From: Conidiobolus incongruus B7586
Taxonomy: Eukaryota
Length of the DNA: 39,392 nucleotides
NCBI GenBank assembly: GCA_000697335.1
Contig: JNEM01009877.1
Span: 1 to 39,392 of the forward strand
Reading direction: 5' to 3'
The notes under the pieces were generated by a model. That model was not told the DNA's origin. It did no database searches and saw only the letters and a program-made list of their open reading frames with translations. Every line of letters begins with the position of its first letter. Position 1 is the first letter of the stretch. Below are positions 27,147 through 39,066 of the stretch, piece by piece. Both the position numbers and the translations under genes were made by a program.

Positions 27147-27475
27147 ACGACCACCACACTGAATCGAGAGGTCACATTGGAGAACACCCATTTCCTGAAT
27201 TCTAATATAAGATTATCGCGAACGAACTAATAATCTCTTTTATCTTCATTCCAAAATTTTCCAGTCTTTTTTTTTCGTAACCCTTGCAAAAGCATTGAGG
27301 CGTAACAAGCGTAAGATATTTACTGTACTCCGAAAACCCAATTCACAGTAAGCCATTTTCACCTCATTTGGTGAATCCCATTAATTTCCCCTAACTCTGT
27401 GGTAACCTATCGTTTACCACTGGCGATTCCCCGTTTAAGTTCTAAAAGTCTATTTCCTCCCACAATTATGGTCGT
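27147..27475 (-). ncRNA. Candidate structured ncRNA (~330 nt), family unassigned
   Basis: GC-richer island without a long ORF, closed by ACGACCA/TGGTCGT and containing 7 further mutually nested helices. UUCG loops occur on the - strand, and a T9 run disfavours Pol III transcription of the + strand. Strand is tentative. Confidence 0.5.
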
Positions 27476-28679
27476 CAATCGTATAGCAATATGACATAAT
27501 GATAAATTATAATTTCAATTTTTTTACAAATTAGAATTGGATCATTGTAAATTATGTTGATTTTTCAATTTGCTAACGTCTAAGTTTTTTATTATGTAAC
27601 AAATAAAAAAATATTAAGAAGGACAACAAAATATAGAATGGTATTCATTTAGCCATTGTGAGATTAGCAAAATTATGTGGTAATACTTAATCAATATATT
27701 TATAAAATAGTTTCAATAATTTAATTAAAATTGTAATAATTTCAAAAATCATTTATATTATACCATGATAAATAATTCTATTGTAGATTGGGTATTTATA
27801 GTTATTGACAATTGCAGCTATTTCTCAATAATTCAAGAAATAACCTTTTTTTCCATAATTATAATGATATATCATAATTCTATAGAGTACTTAATTGTTA
27901 AATTTGTATTAGCTATTATTAATCGGTTTAAATATATATTAATATTAATATTTGTTAAAATCTATCGACATTATTCATGTTTTAATTGTGAATATTATAA
28001 TAATTACATCTTTTATTATCATATTCTAACTATATTAAGTATTATTAATCTTTCAAATAAATTGTATGAATACCGATCAAATAAGCAATTTATTCAAGTA
28101 ATTACTTGAATAATTGTCTATATACTTAATAATGGTTTTTGAAGTCACATTGTCTATTGAAAATTGCTAAGAAATGATATGACATTTACAATTACGGAAT
28201 ATTTAAAAAAATAGATATATTAAGATAAAAGTATCTATATCTTATTAAATATTTTTATTTATATGATTGATATCATATCACATTTTATTATCACCTCATA
28301 ATGCTAATGCCAATAGATATAAATTTAGAAAGTTATTAATCAGCCCAAAATAGCAACTTTCATCCAAATGCTAACAAATAGGAATATTGATTCAAAAGAT
28401 GGCTATCTAAATTAAATTTAATAAAACTTTTGATAACTACCATATGACTATTGATATTTGAAAATTATTCTAAAGTTACTGCTAATCTTTACCTCTAATA
28501 TATCGTTTTAGTCATATGATATCATTTAGATTATTGACTTGAGTAATAGGTTACACCCATCAATAATTTTGATTGGTTGATAGTATAAAAAACTATTTTA
28601 TAAGACGTCAACAAGTTTTTTAAATTGTTAATTAATTTTCGAACTTTTGCTATAAAACTAAAAAAATTGTCTCTTTTGA

Positions 28680-30080
28680 ATGATTAAGATCTTGAGACTA
28701 CCTTTAAAGTTTAGTAGTCAGTTAGTTAAGAGTTTATCGACACAGCAACCTATTTATCTAAATCAATTTAAATTAGCAAATCAATTCTATTCAACTTCAT
28801 CTTCAACTTCTAAAATGACTATTAACTACGGCAAAATCAATCAATTGGAAGCTCCTTACCAAGCTAAATGCGAAGTGAAGATTGGAGACTCCGTCGAGAA
28901 CTTAGATACTCCCGTATTAGTTGTTCACTTGGAAGCCTTTGAAAAGAATTTGTTGACTATGAAGCAACTTGTACAGGAAGCTGGTAACAAATTGACAAAT
29001 CAGCCCACTATTAGAATGAGACCACACTTCAAGACACATAAGAGCCCAGCTGTAGCATATTTGCAAGTTCAAAATGGAGCTAGTGGCATTTGTTGCGCAA
29101 AGTTGACTGAAGTTGAAGCTTTAGTCAACGGAAGTTACCAAAGTGTCAATTGGGATATTCTATTAACCAACCCCATAGTCTCTGAGCCAAAGTTGGCAAG
29201 ACTTGGTAAAGTTGCTCAACAGATGAAACAGAAGCCAAATCACCCATTGTTATCAATCTGTGCTGACAATATTCAAAACATTCACGATTACTTACGCGTC
29301 GCTAAAGAGTATAACGTCAGTTTTAATATTTATACTGAAGTGAATGTTGGTCAAAACCGCTGTGGTATTGACTCACTCGACGATTTCATCCAAATTGTTC
29401 AAGAAATTGTCAAAAACGAGCCACATCTTCACTTCCAAGGTATCCATGCTTATCAGGGAGCCAATCAACATGTACGCAGCTATGAAGAACGTCGCCATAA
29501 TGTAATTGGTCCCATCAAACAACGCTTAGAAAAATGCTTAGAACTCTTGAACCAGCACAATATCCCATGCCCCATTATCACGGGAGCAGGTACCGGAAGC
29601 TTCCAATTCGAAATCGAATCTGGCATTTACAATGAAGTTCAGGTGGGATCTTATCTGTTCATGGATGTTGACTACACTTTGAATTTGGGTCAAGACAACA
29701 AATTGGTGAATCAGTTTGACCAGAGTTTGTTTATGTACTCCCGCATCAACAGTTTGAATCCAAAATCTGAAATCTCTCCCAGATTAATTGTTGACGCTGG
29801 TCTAAAATCCCTCAGCTTGGATAGTGGACTCCCCTGGGTGCATGCTCCAGAAGCTAAAGAGCCTTTGGAATATATCTCTCAGGGTGACGAACATGGTATG
29901 ATTGTTCCTAAAGGTTCTAATCAATTTCAAAATCCCGATCAATTCAAATTGGGTCAAATCATTAAGTTGATTCCTGGCCATTGTGACCCTACTATCAATA
30001 TGAGCACCCATATGGTCGGAGTTCGCAATGGTGTCGTCGAAACGATTTGGCACGTGGAAGGACGTGGTGTAGGTCTCTAA
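28680..30080 (+). CDS. PLP-dependent fold-type III enzyme, D-threonine aldolase / 3-hydroxy-D-aspartate aldolase / DSD1 family (466 aa, intronless, probable mitochondrial presequence)
   Basis: RPHFKTHK (PLP Lys), CCAKLTEVE, EVNVGQNRCG, GAGTGSF, EVQVGSYLFMD, DAGLKSLSLDSG, DEHG and the metal-binding PGHCDPTIN. Confidence 0.9.
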   Translation: MIKILRLPLKFSSQLVKSLSTQQPIYLNQFKLANQFYSTSSSTSKMTINYGKINQLEAPYQAKCEVKIGDSVENLDTPVLVVHLEAFEKNLLTMKQLVQEAGNKLTNQPTIRMRPHFKTHKSPAVAYLQVQNGASGICCAKLTEVEALVNGSYQSVNWDILLTNPIVSEPKLARLGKVAQQMKQKPNHPLLSICADNIQNIHDYLRVAKEYNVSFNIYTEVNVGQNRCGIDSLDDFIQIVQEIVKNEPHLHFQGIHAYQGANQHVRSYEERRHNVIGPIKQRLEKCLELLNQHNIPCPIITGAGTGSFQFEIESGIYNEVQVGSYLFMDVDYTLNLGQDNKLVNQFDQSLFMYSRINSLNPKSEISPRLIVDAGLKSLSLDSGLPWVHAPEAKEPLEYISQGDEHGMIVPKGSNQFQNPDQFKLGQIIKLIPGHCDPTINMSTHMVGVRNGVVETIWHVEGRGVGL

Positions 30081-30298
30081 TTTATTTGATCAATTCAAGT
30101 CAACTTTATTAAAGTATTTTTCAACTTTATAATTTTCTCAATTGAATAATATTTTTATTAATAGATTAATTACCAGTTCACATAAATTAAAATTTAATAT
30201 TTAAGGGTGATTAAGGGTAATTAATGATTTTTTGCATTGTATTATATATACCATATTATTACCAGACAATGGTTACTCTTTTCAAAAAAATTAAAATA

Positions 30299-31830
30299 AT
30301 GAAATTATTGAATTTAATACTTCTAATTTCTTTTATTCAAAGTGATATATCCAATCAAGTTCAAACTTCTGCATCAACACTAGATAATTTCATTGATTTT
30401 GCAAATTCTTGGATAACAATCAAGGATGAAATTGATAACTCAAAAGATAACATAAATTTTGATCAATTTTTAAATAAACAATCAAAGAAGATTGATCAGT
30501 CAAAAATTTGTAAGGATAAGGCGAATCAAGTAATCCAAATACATAACAATTATTAATACTTATTTAATAACTTTAATAGTACACAGGCTATCTTACTGTA
30601 GGTAACGTGACAAACTCACACCAATTGTTCTACTGGTTTGTAGAATCTCGCGGAAATCCCTCACAAGATCCCTTAGTTCTATGGTTAAATGGAGGACCCG
30701 GATGTTCCTCCATGCTAGGATACTTGATGGAAATTGGCCCTTGTATATTTCATACAGATTCCAAAATCCCTGAATATAATCCTCACAGTTGGAATAATAG
30801 AGCCAATTTGTTGTTTTTGGATCAACCAATAGGTACAGGATTTTCAGTTAAAAAGAGTTCTGACTATTCAGTGAACTCTGCGTGGTTGGCCAGTGAACAT
30901 ATATTACAATTCTTAATTCAATTCTTTGAAGTTTATCCTCAATATCAGCATAATGAATTTCACATGTTTGGTGAATCTTACGCTGGTCATTACATTCCTC
31001 ATACTGGTGATATGATACTTGATTATAATAATTCCACTCAAGAGCTTAAAATTCCATTGAAATCTATCGGCATTGGAAATGGAATTGTAGACTACTTGAC
31101 TCAATTTAGATACTTTCCAGAAATGGCTTGCAACAGTGAGTTTGGGCAATTGTACAATACTGCAACGTGCCAATCGATCTACAACAATTGGCCAGAATGT
31201 GAAGCCAAAGTGAGAAAGTGCTATCACTCTAAAAATTCCAATGAATGCATGGAAGCAAATAGTTTCTGCTTCCAAAATATAGGCTTCCCATATTCCAACA
31301 AGACTTTCAGTCATTATGACATTACCAAAGTGTGTGAGGGAGAGAAAGATTGTTTTAAACAAATGGAAACTATCGAAAATTGGCTTAATTCTAATGCTAC
31401 CAGGGACTTATTGGGAATTGACAATATTGAAGTTATTCCGTTCCAATCATGCAATACCAATCTCAATCTAGATTTTGTATTAGTTGGAGATAATCCTAAG
31501 CCTTCACACTATTCTGTCGCAAAACTCTTGAACAATGGTGTGAGGGTGCTCGTATACGCGGGAGATTTAGACTACATTTGCAACTATATGGGTAACAGGG
31601 CATGGACTTTGAATGTACCTTGGCTTGGCCAGGATCAGTTTAGACAGTTGAGCGAAGTTCCTTGGCTCAATAGTCAGACTGGGGAGGTGGCAGGTCAAGT
31701 GAGAGAATCTAAGCTATTGACTTTTGTCAAAGCATTTGGTGGTGGTCATATGTATCCAATGGATCAGAAGGAAAATGGCTTGGATATGTTCAATCGTTGG
31801 TTAAAGAATAAGTCACTTATAGGAAAATAG
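30299..31830 (+). CDS. Secreted/vacuolar serine carboxypeptidase, family S10 (carboxypeptidase Y-like); exons 30299-30529, 30580-31830
   Basis: Signal peptide MKLLNLILLISFIQS. The intron joins ...KANQ|YTGYL. Motif WLNGGPGCSS plus catalytic GESYAG (Ser), GDLDYICN (Asp) and GGHMYP (His). Confidence 0.95.
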
Positions 31831-32249
31831 TTATAATCAATTGAAATAATTAAGATTTATTGAAATTAATTTTTCTTCATTTATATAAACCATATAATTA
31901 TCAAATGTTGATATATCACATTATCACTCTATATTATTATACATATACATCTCCACACCCAAGTCGATTGATTTTAGTTTGATTATTCAAAGTTTTTAGT
32001 CAAAATATTAAAAATGAAAAATATATAAAATTTAAAATATTATGCTACAGTAACTTATTTAAATATTTTTATACCAAATTTAGTATGGTATATATTACTA
32101 AAGATTTGAGATTATAATTGTGACTCAATATAATTGAGTTTCAAGTTAATAAATGACTGCAAAAACAAATTTATGAATTTAATATACTTGATAATAATAT
32201 TAGTTAGAACTTTGTTTAGTATATTTCAGGCAAGCTATTGTTCTTTTTA

Positions 32250-32459
32250 CTTAGCCAAATTCAATGTATTTGTAACGAGATTAGCTAAGGGTATTAATGC
32301 CAGCTCCGATATTTCGCCATGATAGCCAGAGATATAAGCGACTATGTGATCTACAACTCTAGGGGCCAAGAGGACCAGTTGGGTCGCGATGGCTATCCGG
32401 TTAGGTTCATCATATGGAATTAATTGCAAATTGGGCGAATTAGAACGAATTAGAGCCGG
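32250..32459 (-). ncRNA. Candidate structured RNA element (~210 nt) with a telomerase-template-like AACCUAACC in an unpaired segment
   Basis: Nested helices 32452-59/32300-07, 32434-39/32313-18, 32390-97/32321-28, 32383-87/32338-42 and 32377-81/32354-58, plus a 3' hairpin 32281-89/32250-58. G-U pairs favour the - strand. Confidence 0.4.
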
Positions 32460-32719
32460 GTTGTAAAATTATGTAGTAATGAGTAAAAAAAATAAAGAAA
32501 AGAAGTTGTAGTAGAATTGATTTTATTATTGAAATAGGTATGCTAAATAATATAATTGGTAATAAGTTAATGGGTGATTTTAGTAACACTAAGGTAGAGG
32601 TGTTATTCTTTGGATGTGATGGATGTAGAAGAGGATAATTGGCAGTAGAAGTGTAATTTTGAATGGACACCAAAAATCAAGGTTCCATGATAGAAGCTAC
32701 TAGTGTATTTAAAGGTATT

Positions 32720-32842
32720 TTAAGAGTTTGTGGAGGTGTGGCTGTGCAATGGTGTATCCTTGTGATGGTTGTCGCTACTGGTTCCTTGTTCTTGTTTATC
32801 CAAGGGAACAGGATGCGGCAGTATTTTTATCAAAGATTTCAT
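32720..32842 (-). CDS. Possible 40-aa small ORF (MKSLIKILPHPVPLDKQEQGTSSDNHHKDTPLHSHTSTNS)
   Basis: ATG in an A-rich context (AATCAAATG) like the other genes here, at the edge of a GC-richer island. No homology recognised. Confidence 0.3.
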   Translation of the reverse strand: MKSLIKILPHPVPLDKQEQGTSSDNHHKDTPLHSHTSTNS

Positions 32843-34958
32843 TTGATTTATGAAAATTAGGATATATTGGATGATAAATTATAATTCAAATATAAATAGC
32901 AAACTATCAAAATGTATATAAAATGGATGCTTTAAATGTAACATAGCCAAAAATTTTGTTCGGTTTTATATGAAATGGAAACATATTTACCTATTGAGTA
33001 TAGTTTTAAATTTTAGAATATACTTTTTAATATATTATTTGATTATCGAATTTTGCACTGAGTTTTCAAAATAAATTATAATTCTTCTTTATTATATTAG
33101 AAATTGATCAACTGTAATCAAATATTTGACATGTTCTCCAACTTTAATAAAACCTAAAATCCCATTCATGATATAAAAAGATAAATTAAGTATCCCAGAT
33201 GCTAAATATATTGATATTGAAGATAAATGAATAAATGTATTGATATTATCACAATTTGACTATTTGAAAATGAAATGTAATGATAAAAGGCCAACTTAAT
33301 TTCTATAAAAGTATTGAAAAAGGATGTAAAAATATAGTGGAACATGAAATCCATTTAAGAAATTGTCAAAGATACATAGTTGATGGAAATTAAGAAATTT
33401 GGATTATAAGCTTATGTGATGATGAATATATTGTTAATATGAAATAAATTAATTTTGCAATTCATTTTATCATAAAGTTAGATAAATTTGAAAATTCTGT
33501 AAGGGGCCATTTGATTCAAAGATATTTTATGAATTTATCCGATCAAAATTGAGTATAATAAAATAAATCATTGAATATTGTAGTGTTGTGTACATCATAT
33601 ATATTAAAATACATTATGAGAATATAATTTATAATGTGATATTCTTGAATTGATAATTGCATTATTTTAAGATCGGTGTTGTAAGTATGGATACGGTTTC
33701 GAATAGACCCATTTGAAAAAATTATAAGCAATTATATGTTGTAAAAAATTTACTAATGGTTTGATCATATTATTAAAAATTGATAATATTTATTGTATTC
33801 AGAGGTGATAGAAATATGCTAAAACTCAATTTTATATGCGAATTGGTTCTTTAATTCTTTCAAAATGTTCTTATTACATTTAAATTCTTTATAAAGGCTC
33901 TCATTGTTAATAAACTAATAAATTTACACTTTGTTATTTTTTATTACAGAAAAAGCAATTATGTCATTTGATATTACAACGCAAATGAGGATTTCATATT
34001 TAAAAATTTTCAATTACAATTAGGAATAACACAGATATATATTTATGTTATCATAATATTTAGTTATTTAATTCATTTAATATGATAATAATTAGTTAAT
34101 ATTTTAATAAAAATTTAGAACATTTATGGAATCATTATGATATAATATATCAATATATTAAAATATTTTAACAAGATCACTTACTATACAAATGATTACG
34201 GATCCATTAATTTCTGTTTTTAATCAATCTATCACTCTATTCCATCAAAAGCGCTAAATTGCTTGAAGTCTAAATGTTGATATCATTATTATGTTATGAT
34301 TTTTTAGAGTTGATTATTTGTTCGCATATATCTTTATTAATAACTTGGGTATATGTACGAATTCAAATTAAGTAGAGTAAATTATATTTAGGTTTAATTA
34401 ATTTTGTCAATGAATATAATGCTTGAAATTTGAATGAAGATCTTCCCACGTCATATCACTTCTCTAAACACAACGAACACTCAACAATCAAATCTAAGCT
34501 CAAGCACCAGTGGAATTTAATTGGCAGAATTAATGAATTATCAAATTAGGATAAGTTTCAAGGCGTCAGTCCTATCACATGATACTTCAAATTTAGCAAT
34601 TAAAAAATAACTAGAAAAATCCCATTTGTTTTATAGAAATCCAATTGTCATTCATTTTCATAAATTAATCAAGAGTTAATTGAATCCATTTCGAATCACA
34701 TTAGTTAAAAACACTTTTTACCCTTTCTTTGTAGCAACATTAACCTTTTAACTAAAAAACATATATATATCTGCTTCAAAGTTACTTATTTCATTTCCAA
34801 GTATTGGTCTAATACCTTAACTTGACTCTTTTTTCTCTCTTCTTTCTTTTGAATACTATACAGAAAACATTAAAATTTATTTATTATATTCAATATTATT
34901 AGTTGATTTAAAAATAGCCAAAATTTTCAACCAATTTGATATTGATATTGATTACACT

Positions 34959-37756
34959 ATGTCGGATGTAGAAAATAAAAATGCTTCCGAATTGAGGTAA
35001 TTATTTTCACTATTCTAACATTAATCTTACCCTTGGCAAATTCTTTTACTAATCTTTGGCTTAGTACTAACTCTCAAGAACATTTATTACCTTTTCCATC
35101 AACTAGGCCCGATTCCGAATTAATTGAGAATTCTAAAAGTTCTGATGATTCATCTATTAAACCTACTACCACTACTAAGACAGCTTTACCCCGTCGAACT
35201 CGAGCTGGTACTATGCCATCCTCATTCAGCGCATCACCCCTAGTTTATATTCCTCCCAATCGAGGACAGGGTTCCCTGTATCAAGGTCAGAGATCTGCTG
35301 AACTTCTCCATGGTCCTAATCAAAATTCTACCGCTCATATTCTTCGCAACAGGGGCTCAACTTTGAGTGGTTCGTCGCTCAATTCTGGATTTGGATCCAG
35401 TATTTTAACCTCTTGGAGAGATCTCAGAGGTCCTTTGTCTTCCAAACCTTTGGTGTCTCTAGACGAGAGCGAACAGAGTATTGCTCGTACTCTCGATTGC
35501 TTAGGTCTTGACGATCCTGAACCTTCTCAAAACCCACCTCAACCTCAAGGTAAACTTATTAATCTACATTTTTAGTGTGTTTTAATAATATACTTTATTT
35601 AGGAGTTGCTGCACTTCGAAATGCAAATCGCGTACGTTCACGTACCTTCACAGCTGCATTACACTATGCCGAAAGTCCAGTTAATGCAGTTCCAGCTCCT
35701 CCAGCCCAAAAGCGAACTGTATATCCCAAGCCTTATAATAGAGCAAGGGCTATTTCGATGGGATTTTTGGATCCTACCGACAGTATTCCCGAACTCGACG
35801 CTATTATGGGCGAAGACGATGATGGATACGATTTCTTCGACAGTTATGATCACGACAATGAAGGATACTCTCCATCTCGCGCTCTTTGGATTGGCAATTT
35901 AGATCCTGCCTTTGGGTCTGCTGATTTAATGGCTTTATTCGCCCCTTATGGACCTATTGAATCTTTGCGAGTAATTCCTGAGAAAGAATGCGCATTTATC
36001 AACTTTATGCATTTGGAAGACGCTGTCATGGCCAAGGAAGATCTTTCAGGTGGTACAATTGGTAACAATATCATTCGCATTGGCTTCAGCAGAGTTGATG
36101 CAGCTATTGGTGATATGCAAGCTTCAGCACCCACTCGTGCCTTATGTAATTATTTTTATTTTTATATTATGAATATTATTTAACTTGATTTTAGGGATTG
36201 GTAATATTTCCGCTTCAACATCTAGCGCTATGCTTCAAACCATATTCTCTAATTTCGGCACTGTCGAATCTGCTCGAGTTTTATCTCATAAAAACTGTGG
36301 TTTTGTTAATTTTGAACGCACTGAAGACGCTGTTAAAGCTAGAAAGGCTATGAATGGACAGGAGATCAGTGGTGCAGTTGTTAGAATTGGCTTTGCTAAA
36401 GTACCACCTCGTGGGGAAAGTGGTTCTAAATCCAACAGAGCTATCCCTGCTGTGCCTTTAAGTGTTATGGGTATTCCATCAGCTCCTTGGAGTTCAGATA
36501 ATGTTCCTGATAGCGAAGAAGCTAAAACTGTATCTCCCACTACTATTAGTCCTACCATTCGTTTTGCTCCCGATCTCAATGGCGATGATGGATTAAGTAT
36601 CATGGATAAAGGTCTTTTACTCAGTCTTGATGACAAACTACTAGCATTCCCTTATGCTTCTCACCTTCCACCTCTCCCAGATTCATCCCATGTCAAACTA
36701 GATCAATCACGTTTACGTGAAATTAGAAAGAAATTGGATTCCCATCCCAATCCTCGAGATATTGAAAATGCATTCACTGAGCTTGAAAGTGTATTTGTTG
36801 AATTATGTACTGATTATATTGGTAACACCGTTATTCAAAAATTAATGGACAAAGGTAACGATGTACAACGCTTGAGGTTAATTGAAAAAGTAGCTCCCTA
36901 TTTAGCTCCTATAGGAGTTCATAAAAATGGTACATGGGCTGTTCAAAAGATTATTGATACTGCTTCCACCCCAGCTCAAATCCTTCCCATTATTAACTCT
37001 TTGAAACCCTTTGTACCACCCCTAATGCTTGATCAATTTGGTAACTATGTTATTCAAGGATGTTTGAAATATGGTTCAGAATACAATCAATTTATTTATG
37101 ACGCAATTCACGCTCGCTGTTGGGAAATTTGTCAAGGACGATTTGGTGCTCGTGCCGTTAGAACTTGTTTAGAAAGCAATCATGTTAGCAAGCGTCAACA
37201 ACGCTTAGTTTCCGTTGCTCTCGCTCATCATTCTCTATTATTATCAACAGATCCCAATGGTTCATTACTTCTCACATGGCTCCTGGATACATCTAACATC
37301 CATGGTCGCTTCAAAGCCTTAGTACCACAATTTTCACTCCATCTTCCCCAACTCTGTACCCATAAATTAGCCTCACTTACCATTCTCAAAATCATCAACC
37401 AGCGCTTCGAGCCCGAAGCTAGAAATGAACTCATCAAGAATCTCTTCTTTGGATCCGATTCCGTATTAGAAATAGTACTTGGCGATCAAGCTCACGGTAT
37501 GGGCTTAATACAAAAGATCCTCGCCAGTGCATGCATCGAAGACGGTGAAAGAGAAAAGATTATTGAACGTGTAAGGCAAGCAGCCATTAAATTGGAGCTC
37601 AACCAAATTCAAGGATATCATCGTTTCATGGAAGAAATTGGCGTTCCCACCTCTCCCAATGCCCTCCACTGGCAAGTCCCCACACTCCCCACCAGCAATG
37701 GTACGAGCTCAGAAACTTCTAATGGAGAACCTCCAAAACAAGCTCAAGGCGCTTAA
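34959..37756 (+). CDS. JSN1: PUF-family RNA-binding protein with two RRMs and Pumilio repeats (JSN1/PUF1-PUF2 subfamily); exons 34959-34996, 35065-35549, 35603-36145, 36195-37756
   Basis: RRM1 RALWIGNL...KECAFINF; RRM2 RAL|WIGNI...KNCGFVNF. Pumilio repeats DYIGNTVIQK, HKNGTWAVQK, DQFGNYVIQG and GRFGARAVRT. N-terminal RRTRAGTMPS motif. Three GT-AG introns. Confidence 0.92.
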
Positions 37757-38597
37757 AATCCCATATCAAAACGTTATCCACTATTCCATCATATTACCAA
37801 TTTCATCATCATCGAACATTGTTATCTTGAAATACTATTATTTTAATATAATGGCACATACACATATATACATACATCATACCATATATTATATGCTAAC
37901 CTATTTTACCCAATTGTTCTTGATTCATAATTATTATGTTTAATCTACATGTATATTTGTGTTATCTTGAAACCTATATATTGATCTAAAAAATTATCAT
38001 TATTTTCCATTACATCATATATACATTGATATACTATTTCAAATTTGTTAGATTTTCTCACAACATAGTTTATTATTATGAATATATTATAAAATTTGAT
38101 TTTAACTGATGTTATAATCTTGATAAAATAAATTAATTAACATATTTAATATTTAATCAAAAGCTTTGTTACATTATTTGCAACGTTGTCAATATGCTAA
38201 GTTTTGAAGACCTTATTTTCATATAACTCATATTTCAACAAAATGTTTGCTGATATTAAAATTTAATTTTAGTTTTTTTTTCAATATTTTGCTAAGAATT
38301 TCAAGTTCAGATTTGGCATTGTTTGATACTATTATTAAAAACATGTTATAAATAACTTGTAATAAGTGATATTGTATTGAAGGTTTATATTATCCATTAA
38401 ATCATCATTACTCAAGTTTTATAAATAGATTTTATTTATCAAAATTTTCAAAATTACCTTGAATGAATTGAAATTCTTTGGTATTAGATTCATTACTCAT
38501 ACAAGATTGTTTTAAGGAAATGAGTATATAATTGAAAAAATAGATCATTCAGACTGTTTGAATATTGGATTTTTATTGATTAAATAGAAATTGATTA

Positions 38598-39066
38598 TTA
38601 CCACAGAAATTAAGTAATGGCATAATTTTAAAATTAAAATTAAATATAATTTCTGATATATAATTTATAAAATTATATAAATAATATAAAAATTAATATT
38701 CTCTTTATTATTAATAACTCTTTACCATATTCTTGGTATGCTATTAATATTTAAAAAATAGTTGTTTTTATTAAAAACTAAAATTTGATATTTTATAAAT
38801 GAATATAATTAGTTTATATGAATTTTTTATCAGTATATTTTTTAATTATTTAAACTATTTATTATTTCATAAGTTATAATTTAATGAATATATTAGATCA
38901 GATAGTTTTTTCTAATTTTTTATATAGAAAATTCTTTACAATTTTAACTCTTTATATTATATGATTATCAATTAAAATAATATATATCTTTAAAATAAAA
39001 ATACCAAAATTATTTTATTTTAGAAAATATAAAATTAATTATAAATTAATTTATTTCTATAAATTA
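38598..39066 (-). mobile_element. Mariner copy D, 3' part only (interrupted by copy E)
   Basis: TA|TTACCACAGAAATTAAGTAATGGCATAA matches the 3' TIR. Colinear with copy A 521-~1010, then stops at a TA. Confidence 0.85.

Noticed and set aside
27103..27162. Box C/D snoRNA (TGATGA...CTGA) with a guide resembling the complement of LSU GGTGGTAGTAG
   Set aside because: Only about 60 nt, no terminal stem, a mismatch in the guide, and the guide bases are better explained by the long-range helix of the larger structure.
27144..27165. Resemblance to the 5S rRNA 5' end; CCCTAAC/TAACCCT as a telomerase template in the same island
   Set aside because: No internal 5S motifs or 120-nt size; the template-like matches are only 7 nt, too short for 1.5 TTAGGG repeats.
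32310..32690. SECIS/selenoprotein readthrough or antizyme-type +1 frameshift at CCT TGA
   Set aside because: No AUGA/GA quartet with a proper helix II, and the flanking peptides resemble neither antizyme nor known selenoproteins.
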